A stretch of DNA of 62,750 bases, counting the filler, from Asterionella formosa (taxonomy: Eukaryota): NCBI GenBank assembly GCA_002256025.1. It is 15 parts of 15 records of this genome, joined end to end, with 100 filler letters (N's around TTAATTAATTAA, not from the genome) between each part and the next. Parts side by side here need not be neighbours in the genome. Positions count along the whole stretch, not along the records: positions 25,175 to 29,266 come from NKIB01013719.1; positions 29,367 to 33,456 come from NKIB01013720.1; positions 33,557 to 37,645 come from NKIB01013721.1; 12 more parts are not named here. One strand, written 5' to 3'. The position numbers were made by a program, and so were the translations under genes. Position 1 is the stretch's first letter; each line of letters begins with the position of its first letter. Of the stretch, positions 25,175-37,075 are shown in pieces. The notes below the pieces were generated by a model that saw nothing but the letters and a program-made list of their open reading frames with translations, was not told where the DNA came from and made no database searches.

Positions 25175-28100
25175 GTCTTGACTACACTTATTCTCTATAA
25201 TCATTCAATTGGTGATGACAGAGCCAAGGCCATTACAGAGGCTCTCAAGGTCAATACTGTCTTGACCTTGACTAGACTTGATCTCGATCATAATTCAATT
25301 GGTGTTGACGGAGCCAAGGCCATTGCAGATGCTCTCAAGGCCAATACTGTCTTGACTACACTCAATCTTGGAGATAACTCAATTGGTAATGACAGAGCCA
25401 AGGCCATTGCAGAGGCTCTCAAGGTCAATACTGTCTTGACTAAACTTGGTCTCCGGTATAATTCAATTGATGATAGCTTACTTAAAAAAATTCAAAGAAC
25501 AGTTGAGATAAGAAGCAAGAACTTTCTCAAACCGGAGAACATTGATGATATTGTTTTTAATGTTTCAGGGGTCTAGCAGCAGCCCTGATCTGGGGGGAAA
25601 CACCCCATATCAGGGTGGATGATATTGAACCCCCTGTTGAAAGCTTGTCCTGAAGCTGCAAAGGTGCAAGATCGCCATGGAAACACTCTGTTGCACCTTG
25701 GAATCGAAGGAGGGGCCAGTGTGGTGGTTATCAAGGTCCTTTTGGATGCCTGTCCTGATGTCATGATGATGAAAGACAACAAGGGCTACACTCCACTGCA
25801 CCTTGGCATGAAAGTCCGGGCTCCAGTGGAAATTATAAATGCCCTTTTGGAAGCCTGTCCTGAAGCCGTGACTATAGAAGCCAACGATGGTGAGACTCCT
25901 CTTGACTGTGGTCTAGGAGGGGAATAGCCAGTATCACTTGTATCCATCCAAACTTTTGTGGACAAATGTCCTTATGCCATTAAGTCCATGAAAATGCCCT
26001 TTATTCCACTTCATTTGGCAATTTTTCGAGGTGAAAAAGCTCCAGAGATCAAGCAAATCATAAAGGACAACCCGAATTCAGTTGCAAACTATGGCACTCC
26101 AAACCTCAGTCACCTCTTCTCCTCGCGATGCAAGAAGGAGATTATCCTGATTTTGAGGTCGTCTGTATTTTGATTAAGAAAAACCCAAATGCGACTAACA
26201 CTCATGATAAAGAAACGAGCTATAATCCATTTGAATATTGTGTTTCCAGGCTCCTTCAATCGATAAAGAAATATGCAACCCTTGATGTTGGTGATGACCA
26301 GCGGTCTTCCAAACAGTACGAGTTACAAAAGAAACTGTCAAATCCTATTGAAATTTGGTATAAGGTTTTGCGGCTATTGAGCAATTGTGCATGCTAAACG
26401 CACCCCAAGCTGAGAAAGTTCCAGAGAGGCGGAGAATTTTCTTTGTTCCAGAGCCGCTGGGCTTTTCTTTTGGGTGCTCGCCACCAATGAATTTGATCGA
26501 AGCAGGACTCTCCCATGCCTCGATTTGAATCAAGAACCAATAACTAACTGGACCGTTTTGGAAATCTTGGTGGATCTTGGAACAAAAGATGCGACCATAA
26601 TATTCTTCCAGATAGTGGAACAGCTGAGAGGGTCCGAAGAACAGGATCAGCTGGAAATCTCCATTAATTATTATAGCGCAACAAAAGTAGCATCATTTCT
26701 GTCCATTGCTCAAGTTAAAAAAGAGACATGGCAAAAGGTTGCCAATAGGGCAAAGTTGTCCAAGCTTCCCAAGCTCAAAGAGTGGGGTGATAAATACGGA
26801 AGGTTTCTTGGAAAATATCAATTTGAGGAGGAGAAGCATTTCTCAGGTACCTGTATGGTTATGTTTGGCACTGAATTGGTCGTTGTACCTGGAGCCACGC
26901 AATTGACCGGCGTAGCATTCAAGCTCTTTACAGAAAGGCCTGCATTCCTGCGCGAATTGGCAAAGCGGAACAAAATCATGAGCATTCATGGTGCAGAATT
27001 TTTTTTAATTGCCGTGAGGGCTGCATATACGGACTGCATGGAAAGGTTGGATGAATATGGTCCTCTGGGTATTGAGATTCAACTGAACCAGACAGTCAAA
27101 TGAAAAAAATTAAACCTGAATTCATCCATCTCTAGTAATGGATTGTTGTGGGAACAGGAATGACCTCTTTGATATTATATCGCATCAAAACATTGCAGGC
27201 AATAATGACATTTTCATGGTGCGTTTCATTGCAATCCAAATTGCTAAGTGCCTTCAGTTACTAAATGAAGAGTGTAAGGTTATGTACGGAGATGTGAAGG
27301 CTCGAAATTTTGTGTCTGGTAGCGAGGGTTTTGGATATGCTGCAATTGATCTTGATAATGCGGCATTAATTGACAAAGAAAATGCTGGTCAGAAGCGAAC
27401 AAGCTCTGGCATGAGTACCAGATGCAAAAGAAGGAGCAGGGTGCTGTAGTCGTTAAAGCCAGTCCCTAATATGACATGTGGTGCTTTGGAGCCCTTCTAT
27501 ATAATCTCTGCACTGGTCGTCAACTTTTTGAAGTGGATTCGCGTGAAGAAGTATTGCTGGACGAGCTTAAGAAAATAAAAGATTGGATTGACCAAGTTTG
27601 TGAAGAAAAGGTCGAAACATTTTTGCCAAAAATCAAAGACTGGACTTTTTTGAAAACTCTGCATAAAGGATTGCTGAAGAGGGATCCAAACGAGCGCTAT
27701 CATTGGTGGGGGGATATTATTAGTAAGCTTGAGAGAGATCCAGGAAAAGGCTATCACTGTTGAATTGATAATTTTAGTGAAGGTGAAGGTGATATTAATA
27801 AAAAAAATTTCACCTCAATGCAAGTGATTGCAACTGAAGTGAAACAAATAAATCGTGGAGTGCAAGGTCTGTCAACTGAAGTGAAACAAATAAATCATGG
27901 AGTTCAGGGTTTGCAAGGTTTGCCAACTGAAGTGAAACAAATAAATCTTGGAGTGCAAGATTTAAAAAGTGAAGTGACACAACTAAATCAACAAGGCCAG
28001 GCCATGTTCTCTTATTTGAAAGCTAAAATACCACAAATAATGAAGACTCTTCGTACTATCGATGCTGAATTAAAGGAGAGCTGTCCCAGAATTGTTTATA

Positions 28101-28290
28101 TTAAACAACTCAGTAAACAAGCAGGGGCCTCAAGCAACCTCACGACTTGTCTAAGCAACCTGGTAAAATTGGAAGTGGAGATATACTTTGTTTGTCAGCA
28201 TTCATTTACAGTTGTTAAAGAAACCAGAATTACTATCAAGGTAACCAGGCAGTGGGTGAAATATATTGTACCTGTCATAGCTGTGGTAGG
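25175..28290 (+). pseudogene. Disrupted LRR-ankyrin-protein kinase-coiled-coil gene
   Basis: 28-aa RI-like LRRs (25175-25480). Ankyrin repeats GNTLLHL, GYTPLHL, GETPLD. Kinase motifs VAFK, YGDVKARN, IDLD, DMWCFGALLY and DPNER. TEVKQIN repeats. In-frame stops (25574, 25925, 27101) and frameshifts. Confidence 0.85.
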
Positions 28291-30842
28291 TCTATCACAC
28301 GCTCTACTGTGTCACTTCTCTCGTCTCTTCCAATTAAAAAAGAATATTGCATGCATGCATGACAGCTGGTTGATCGTGAGACAGAAACATGGTACCGGTA
28401 AGCAAGTTTTCTCACTTTCACTTTGTCTTGGAGGCTTTTGTACCAACATTTTGTCAGTAGGGGTGGAAAGGGAAAAATTCTCAATCATTTCCGGAATTTT
28501 GCTTAGCTGAATACCGGGTAAGCTAAAATGACCCTCGGGGTCATTAATCTATGTTAAAAACTGGTATCAAACATACATTGGACTTAACTTCAACCTTCTC
28601 CTACATGACGATTATAACGAACCATGTGGAGTGGTACCACCGGTATTTTTCCAATAAATGTACCTGTTGTACTGATACCGGTTTACTATAACGAAGGGCA
28701 TATGTACAAACATATTTCATGATGGACAAAAGTTCCGGCATCATCATGGTCATGATTTCATGTAGAACTCAATGACATCAGGTGGTAGAGAATTTATTTC
28801 GTGTAGACTAGCACTTTGATGGACAAGTATCAAGAATTACAAACACGAGCGACATGATACGACACACACGCAAATGAATGTTATTTTTACATATGCGAAC
28901 AGGTTTAGGGTCGTTCTTATCATTTTCGATTTGGTATCATTTTTTTTGAAAAAGTATCATGTAACGGCTACTCGATTTAAACCGAAAAAATCCATTCTCC
29001 ACAAAAATAAAAATGAAATTGTATCACCCAAAAAGTATCACGAAAATTCAACGGTTACGGGCTGGCTACAATCATGTGCATATCCCTCCAGGCTTCCCTC
29101 CAGACTATTTCGATAATTTTCCATTACTAAAACCATGTAGGAAAACTACGCGTATTATGTAGCAGTATGGAATATATAGCTGACATACCTGCTTAATTCT
29201 TGATTTGCCATGAGTCAACACAGACATGCAAGATCCTCTATACACTTCTTCTTACACTTCCGCTTGNNNNNNNNNNNNNNNNNNNNNNNNNNNNNNNNNN
29301 NNNNNNNNNNTTAATTAATTAANNNNNNNNNNNNNNNNNNNNNNNNNNNNNNNNNNNNNNNNNNNNTGTTGCGAAGGGACTCTATCCAAAGAGTGGTGAT
29401 GAGCAACAGGGCACGAGAAGTCAACAACATTATCAACAGAAGAAAGAAAGATAGCCTTTGTCCTGATAGCTATGAGCGAAACTATAACAAGAAAAGAGGA
29501 CAATGCTATAATACCTCTCACAAAGCCGCACGTGCTTTACGACTTGATTCTGGAAATAGGAACCGTGTGTCGCGCATCGATCTAGTATCACAACGGAATT
29601 TTGCTCGTGGGCGATTTATTTCCGGTCGTGGTGCTTGATGTTGAAGAGAACCTTGTCGTTAACAAAGCTGAACTACTATATAAAGGTGAACTACTCGATA
29701 TTATGACTACCGGTATTCTAATCCTGTCTTCGGCGTAGTGTTGTTAATTAAGCAAGGTACCTGGTACCAGGTACCAGTACCAGTACCCTGGTACATGAGT
29801 GTACCTAACGTAATGTCGTGGCTAACGGTATGAGTGTACCGTCTGTACGGTGCTCAAGCGGTACATTGTACTCGGGTATGAACACTTGATGCCGCTCTGT
29901 CGCCAGTGTCAGATGGAGAAATGTTCTTCCCGTTCTCATGGAATAAAATTGATGTGTCATTTAGATATTATTATGTATATGTATGATGTATAATACCGGT
30001 AGGTATTATAAAATTGTTTTTATACAGGAACAGACACATACGTATTGTTTATCGTCTGCTAGCATTTCGATTTCGCATGTGCACATTTTGGATAAATACC
30101 GGTTCATGTGCTGCCATAAACACATACAAATTTGACGCAACACATATTGATTATTGCTTCACCACGATTAAAACATTGTCAATACTCAAGACCAGTGTCA
30201 GATCAAGAACTCCTTTCTTTGTGAGGTACTTTTCGCCCTCATTAAAGTCGTATGCTATGATAGAATCCAGTCCTCGTGGCTCAATGGTGGCGACTAAGGT
30301 GGAATGCTTTGTTAATGTCGACGGCTCCTCTGATCATGAACGCGTTTATCGAATTTGCCTTCAATGCGACTTGCCCAATATCTCCAATTGACCGGGGCTA
30401 ATGATTATGGCATGCTACATACGACAACCTCTCTTTGACAAAATCTTGATGGTGTTGCTTGTTCCATACAATTCAATTGTGGATTGCTCATTTGAACAAT
30501 TCTACATTCATTCGGTGTTTTGAAATTTACCTACTTTGTGCCTTCATTCCAGGGAGGCCAATGAACTTCTCCAGGTCAAAATTCTCAGATGTCACCAATG
30601 CTGTGATACTTTTATGTCGTCCCGTAGCTGTTGGCTCCATGATTTTTCCTTGTCACACTTCCTGATCGTCGACGTGGCAATTTAGCGTTCGACACTCCAG
30701 GCTCCACAGATCTTGCCCGTGGCTTAGCCTTGCTGGCTGATTTCAGGGACCTATTGAGAAAAAATGTGCCAAATCCTTTTTTAGCCGGCGTTGCCTCACA
30801 AACTCCTGAATTTTTAGGTTCCGATACAGGAAGAGTGGCAAT

Positions 30843-31259
30843 TCATTTCAAGATCGCACAATTAGTAACCGGAGGTACGTTCTCTATCATCGCTATAGGA
30901 ACATCACTTGCGTGTGTATGCTGACGTCCAACAGTTGCCACTTCTTCATATCCTTGTACTGCCAATGCCCGTTTTGCCATGAACAAGGCACCTTCCAAGT
31001 TCGTAACCCAATGTTCCAACTTTTGCACACTGTCACAGTGCTCAAGGATTTCACGGGCCCGGACTGGAAAATTAATCAATGTGATTTCCTTTGCCTGTTG
31101 ACTGTTGTATTCGTGTTGTGGAATGGCTGTAAGAAGATCAGCATTTGATTTTCTTCGTTGGTGGTTTCCTTCTCGGCGATCTTTTCTGTTCCCTGCCAAC
31201 TTGGAGGGAACATTGTCATTGTCTGATGACACAGGCGGACTATCCCTCGATTTTTTCAT
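30843..31259 (-). pseudogene. Hypothetical ORF, probably decayed element cargo
   Basis: 138-aa ATG-initiated ORF beside a repeat segment shared with 24062-24392. Downstream frames are broken. No family recognised. Confidence 0.3.
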
Positions 31260-31604
31260 CGCTGACGCCCCTCTCTAGTGAAATCTGACAAACAAATTTA
31301 ATTGACAACACCAACACAAACTTTGATTTATCAAAATTATCATCAACATGACACAACATCTGATCAATATATCAATAATTTGGATTAACCGATAAGATTT
31401 GGTAACAAATATATACAAGATCTCATAAACGCATAACCAAACATGTTTATGCTAGTAACCTAACGTAGAAAATTTGATTGATCATAAAGATATGGCCGTT
31501 GATTTATCGAAATTATCATCAACATATTTGATTGATAAATCAGTTTTTAACGTATGCTGAGTAAAATGTTAGCTAGATCTAATGGAAAATCTATTGACAG
31601 GCGA

Positions 31605-32196
31605 AAGACTTATTGAAAGAAAGAAGAAGGTTGCTGGGTGGGTAAGCAAGTCAAAAGGGTGTGTTACAAGTGTTATGGGAGAGAGGATTCATTGATGAAA
31701 CGAGCATTGAAAAATACAAACTTACTGGAAAGAACGACGATTTTGGAATCCTTGACAATTCTACAAGCTTAAGACACATGATGATCATGTGCTCCAACTT
31801 CCTTCGTGAGCAAGGAATGATGGAATTAATTGGACAAAAGGTTGGAGTGGAAGTTATTCTAGCTCCAAAATGCCATGAAGAACTTGCAGGTGAAAGACTA
31901 GAGTACATGTGGGCATGCTCCAAGAACCGCTATCGAAATCTATCCCTGCCAGTTAGAAAATGTTTGTCGGTCGATGTGATTACATTGATGCTGCCAAAAA
32001 AAAGTTTGAAATACTAGCAAGACAATATTTGATTGCTTACCATGCAATTGATAGTGGTCAAGTCAACACAATACACTCACAAAGCGACAGACATGGGCCT
32101 GTTGCAGTTGAAGAGTTGATTGGCAAGTTCAGAACTCATCGTTGCAACATGGACTTTAATTTTAAGCTTGTAATTAGCATTGACAACGATGATTAA
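31605..32196 (+). mobile_element. C-terminal remnant of an IS630/Tc1/mariner-like transposase
   Basis: KGVLQVLWERG, PKCHEELAGERLEYMWACSKNRYR, ARQYLIAY and FRTHRCNMDF; frameshifted. Confidence 0.75.
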
Positions 32197-33556
32197 TTAT
32201 CAATATTTAATGTTGAACCGGACGAAAAGACATGAATGATTATTGCTACATATGTACATACAATTCGTTGCTGATACTCTGACATCATCAAGGCTTTCTC
32301 CTAGTAATACCGGCCGGTATACTAGCTACCAGCAAGTTGCGGTAAGAATTTTGCTATGATACAGTATCTAGTTCCACATATGCCTTCGTACCAGCAATAC
32401 TGATTCCAACTCCAAATTAATGCATTTGTCTCTTCTTGATATCCATGTAATAAACCAACCCGACCGGCTTGTTGTTCCTATATGTGTATATACTATTTAG
32501 CTTTTATCTGATTTAGCCTAAATATTGAGACCAATCTGTTTTGCTTATTCTGCCATTTGCTTCTCGTTTGTTTTGCTTGATGTGCGTAGAACCGTTCTTC
32601 TTCAAACTTCTTCTCTTTTACGAAGCAATGTGCACTTGTCAAGTACCTCACAAGATATTTTCAAACAGGCAAGACGAAGATCTTAATCTGATAACGAATG
32701 ATATGGCTTTGATACTGAAGGGGAATTATGCCAGCCAAATCGGTTTGTTTGTTTGTAAAACGAAAGCAAAAGCTTTGGTCGATTATTATGACAGAATGAG
32801 AGAACACTCCATTAAAGGTCAAGATCGCTTACTATCCGAAATCAAAAAGGTAAAGAATCCTTTTATCATAATTTGCCTAGTACTGCGACCATTGGTCCAT
32901 ATTTCGAATCTGTTTTTCGAGATGCTTGAGGTACTGAGAATCAGAGTGAAGATGGACCAGCCAGATGGCGGCACACTTTGTTGCTTTTGGTCTTAATCAT
33001 GAGTCTTCCATTCTCATTGACTAGTATTGAAGAGAATGTTTATATCCTTCCAAACTACTTAGAGCGCACATACACTACAATTCAGAGAGTAGCTGCATCA
33101 CTTCAAAAGAATCAATCAGGAAATAATAGCTTCATGTAAATCAGGAATAGAAGTAGGTTCGAAATGAAAGTCATACCTTTTGCCTAATTGTTTCAAGAAA
33201 GCTCCTTACTGGCAATATTGGTTTCTACACATAGAATGTTGTACCAAATAGTATTGCCATGTATGTTTACCCTATACTTGTATAACATTTATATCTTGTA
33301 TTACACATGCACCTCACACATGGGTACTAGTGGTATGTATTATGTCTAAAATATATTTATGTTCCATTATTCATTCATAGAGCAATGGTGTACAGCAATG
33401 ACAGAAGTCCAAAAATGAGTCCAATGATGTTGATGAACTTCTCCGCTATTGGGGAGNNNNNNNNNNNNNNNNNNNNNNNNNNNNNNNNNNNNNNNNNNNN
33501 TTAATTAATTAANNNNNNNNNNNNNNNNNNNNNNNNNNNNNNNNNNNNNNNNNNNN

Positions 33557-34480
33557 AGAGGGAGAGACGATCGCTTACAATGGATCGACAGCGATCGATT
33601 GATAGAGAAAGTGAGTTTTAGAGTGAAAGAATTAGGGATACTATTGCTAGCTACTGGGAAAGACCTACTTGCGTATGTTCTAGTACAGGGTAACCGGTAC
33701 CCTGTACTAACAATTCTTCCCTTTCGACTCCTACTGACAAAATGTTGGTACGATAATAATACTTCCTGACTCAAAACGTCCTTTATTTTTGCACATGGAA
33801 ATTTGATGGATATTAGTCCATTCCCAGCGGGATTTTTGTGGAAGTTATTGCTGTTAGCGTTGCTAAAAGATCACTACGTCTGATCCACATATCGCGATAA
33901 AAATTTGTCATACCAATAAAGCGTCGTAGCTATCTACGTGTGGCTGGAATGGCGATATTTTGAATTGCCTCGATTTTATTGGTCATTGGTTGAACACCCT
34001 GACGAGTTATCCAAAAACCAAGATACTCAATTTCGATAGCACAGAATGTCGACTTGTCTGCATTTATCCGAAGGCCCGCTTCGGATATTCTTTGCAGTAC
34101 AATTCGTACATTCTGTTGGTGATCGTGAAACGATCCCGAGGTAATACCCAGAAGGTCGTCTAAGTACGTACGTACGGGCCTGTCATTAAGTTTGACATTT
34201 TTTCTTGAAAAATGTCCGGGGCACAGTTGATTCCCAATGGTAATCGCTTATATCTATACTTGCCCCAAGCGAAAACTATAGTACATAAGTTTTGTGCCTC
34301 TTTATCTAAACGAATTGTATAGAATCCCATGTTAAGGTCTAATGCCGGGAAACGGTTTTCGTTTGATATTTTTGCATTAAGCCGGCGAAAGTCCAAAACT
34401 ACTACGCGGACAGTACCTGCTTTTTTTTGCTATAATGAATGTAGGCGCGGCATGTGCCGAGTCCGGAGCATGATTTAAAA
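33557..34480 (-). mobile_element. Deleted Ty3/Gypsy element: RT remnant (~33810-34470), PPT (~33714-33726) and partial LTR (33557-33712)
   Basis: AAPTFII, DFRRLN, LDLNMGFY, YKRLPLGI..APDIFQ, YLDDL, YLGF and LRRFIGMTNFYR, with a frameshift and a stop. GAAAGGGAAGAA precedes TGTTAG. Confidence 0.88.
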
Positions 34481-35221
34481 AAAAGCCTGATTAAAAAAAA
34501 GCATGATGACGTCGGCAAATGCTAATTTCCACCTAATGTACTCCTTGGCGAAGGTTTTCACCTTCTGCTCGAACGTGCCTGTGACGAGTGAAAGCTATTT
34601 ATTAGACAAGACTAAGCTATGTTTGCATGGCTGGTCACCGTGATGTCGGTCTCGCTGCTGCTCAAGTGCTTGCATGGGGGAAAGAGTCCGTCTTCGGTGC
34701 TTGATGGATTCTGGAAAGAACCTTTGTTGGGATCATTGAATCTAACTTATCACAAGAAAGGAACCTCGATTATCGAATGGCCTGATGTGAGAAGCGGCCT
34801 AACAAATCATCGTCAATGACCACATTGAAACCACACAAATACGACTATGTAGTCTGCACTCCGGTATTTGCCTCAAGCTGTGCCGTGTTGTACCTCTTCA
34901 TCAACACGGGCATTGGTTGTTCCCTACCGGTAAGAGAAAATTACGTGTGAGGTAAGAGGGTACAAGATACCCAAAACACCCTATGGTACCCCCAGGTACC
35001 ATTTGTACTGGTACCTGGAGCAATATGTACAAGGTATGTACTCCTTGCCATCATGAACAACAGCCGAGCGCTGGCTGGGAGTTCCGGGAAAGTCCGAATA
35101 CTATTGCGAACATTTGTCCACACATGCATACCGTATGTAACATAAACCATACAAAACTGTAGACTACCATGGTGCTAGCCTCTATGCTCATCAGTTTGCA
35201 GAAGAAGCAAAGGAGGAAGAG

Positions 35222-35563
35222 ATGGAAGCCATTGAATCGGAGGATTTGGCAGGAGCAATGCTCCCTCAAGATGCCAAGAAAAAGTATGTCGTTGGATCCA
35301 GCAAAGAAACTTCGTTTGCAGAGGAGGTGAAAGTGGAAGACCAACAGAAGAAAGCCGCAGTTGTCGTGCCTCCTCAAGATGAAAACGATTCATCTAATAT
35401 TGTTATTCCAGCAGTCTTATCATCAACAGCAGCAGCTCTGCCTCGAGATGTTGTGGCAGCACCATCACAACAACACGTTCCTGGCGCTTTTGCAGTCAGA
35501 GGACCAGGAGACATTCCACAGGATGACTCCTTCTTGCATGTCGACACTGCAATTATATCTTAA
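35222..35563 (+). pseudogene. N-terminal fragment of a PGAF-motif protein
   Basis: A disordered stretch with VPGAFAVRGPG, a motif I recall from N-termini of diatom single-pass receptor-like proteins. It stops before any transmembrane segment. Confidence 0.45.
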
Positions 35564-35604
35564 TCATTTTTTATCATGACTTCATCAAGAAAACTGATAA
35601 CATA

Positions 35605-36408
35605 TCACTTATTGTTCTTCCTCCGACATGTTGAGCGTTTTGGCTGTTTTTCCATCTTCATGCTGTCAAGTTCTTCCTGCAGCTTTGCTATCACATCACT
35701 TAAAGCTGTAATTTGTTCTAAAGCTTTCCTTTCTCTTTCCATTACCTCCTTAATGTCCTGAGTATTCCTCCAAACCTCATCCTTGTAAGCTTCACGATGA
35801 TCTGCATATATTAGACGACCATCGCTTTGAGGAGGGGCCATAATCTTGGCAAAATCTTTTTTAAACGCAACCTTGGCACCAGCAACACCAATTGAATTAT
35901 TAGAGAGATCAAGTATAGTCAAGACAGTATTGACATTGAGAGCCTTTGCAATGGCCTTGGCTCCGTCAACACCAATTGAATTAAAAGAGAGATCAAGTAT
36001 AGTCAAGACAGTATTGTCCTTCAGAGCCTCTGCAATGGCCTTGGCTCCGTCATCATCAATTGAATTCCATTCGAGATCAAGTGTAGTCAAGACAGTATTG
36101 ACCTTGAGAGCCTCTGCAATGGCCTTGGCTCCATCAACACCAATTGAAATATTACGGAGACCAAGTGTATTCAAGACAGTATTGACCTTGAGAGCTTCTG
36201 CAATGACCTTGGCTGCATCAACACCAATTGAATTATTACGGAGTTCAAGTGTAGTCAAGACAGTATTGACCTTGAGAGCTTCTGCAATGACCTTGGCTCC
36301 GTCATCATCAATTGAATTTTTAGAGAGAGAATTAAAAGAGAGATCAAGTTCAGTCAAACTTGGATCATTCGCTTTCAACCGTTTGACATCTTCTTCCCAT
36401 CTAGGCAT
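35605..36408 (-). CDS. RI-like (NLRC3-like) leucine-rich repeat protein with C-terminal coiled coil
   Basis: Cap RLKANDPSLTELDL, six 28-aa/84-nt repeats and an EALEQITALSDVIAKLQEEL-type coil. Open ORF from the ATG at 36408. Confidence 0.88.
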   Translation of the reverse strand: MPRWEEDVKRLKANDPSLTELDLSFNSLSKNSIDDDGAKVIAEALKVNTVLTTLELRNNSIGVDAAKVIAEALKVNTVLNTLGLRNISIGVDGAKAIAEALKVNTVLTTLDLEWNSIDDDGAKAIAEALKDNTVLTILDLSFNSIGVDGAKAIAKALNVNTVLTILDLSNNSIGVAGAKVAFKKDFAKIMAPPQSDGRLIYADHREAYKDEVWRNTQDIKEVMERERKALEQITALSDVIAKLQEELDSMKMEKQPKRSTCRRKNNK

Positions 36409-36559
36409 TGTCAATGTCGTCGTCTTGAATGTAATGGAAGTTTTCTATTGTGATTGACGAGCGACTTCTTTTCTGGTTCGAGTGAAAAGTATTTTTTGTG
36501 TTAAAACTCCTTTTCTTGTGCTGCCAAAATAGTTTCTCTTTTTGCTGCAATTTATTCTA

Positions 36560-37075
36560 CAGTCCAGACAGTATTGACCTTGTGGATACAGTTCTTGTTT
36601 AGATTAACAAGTCCTTCAATTTTTGTTAATAAATTAATAAATTATCATCATGAATTGGATGTCACTTGAGAAAAAGTGTCGTCAAGACTTTACTGTTGTT
36701 GAGTGCCTCAGCTATGATGGCCTTGGTACCCTCATTACCAATTGAATTACCATTGAGATATAGTAGCATACTGAGATCAAGTGCAGTCAAGATGGTATTG
36801 ACCGTGAGGAGGGCCTCTGCAATGGCCTTGGCATGATCAACAACAATAGATTTACCTCCAAGATAAAAAAAGTGTGGTCAAGACAGCATTGACCAAGATG
36901 GCCAGCAATGCAATTTCCTTGGCGCCATCATCACCAATTGAATTATAACTGAGACTAAGAAGTTCAGTCAAACTTGGATCATTTTCTTTCAACCATTTGA
37001 CACATCTTTCCAATTCTGTTACTGTTTTCCCTCCAGATGATAGTCAAATCATTGTCAATCTCATCTTGAATGAAA
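36560..37075 (-). pseudogene. Degenerate tandem paralogue of the LRR gene
   Basis: Same cap (LKENDPSLTEL) and 3-4 decayed 84-nt units with indels. Confidence 0.8.

Noticed and set aside
32541..32996. Short ORFs here and at 47085-47495, 52311-52833 and 62375-62726
   Set aside because: Fragmentary, with no recognisable family or splice structure; cannot be supported without a search.
35846..36457. 203-aa plus-strand ORF and similar overlapping ORFs (e.g. 4308-5099, 13037-13953, 44990-45322)
   Set aside because: Antisense or alternative-frame shadows of real or repetitive coding sequence.
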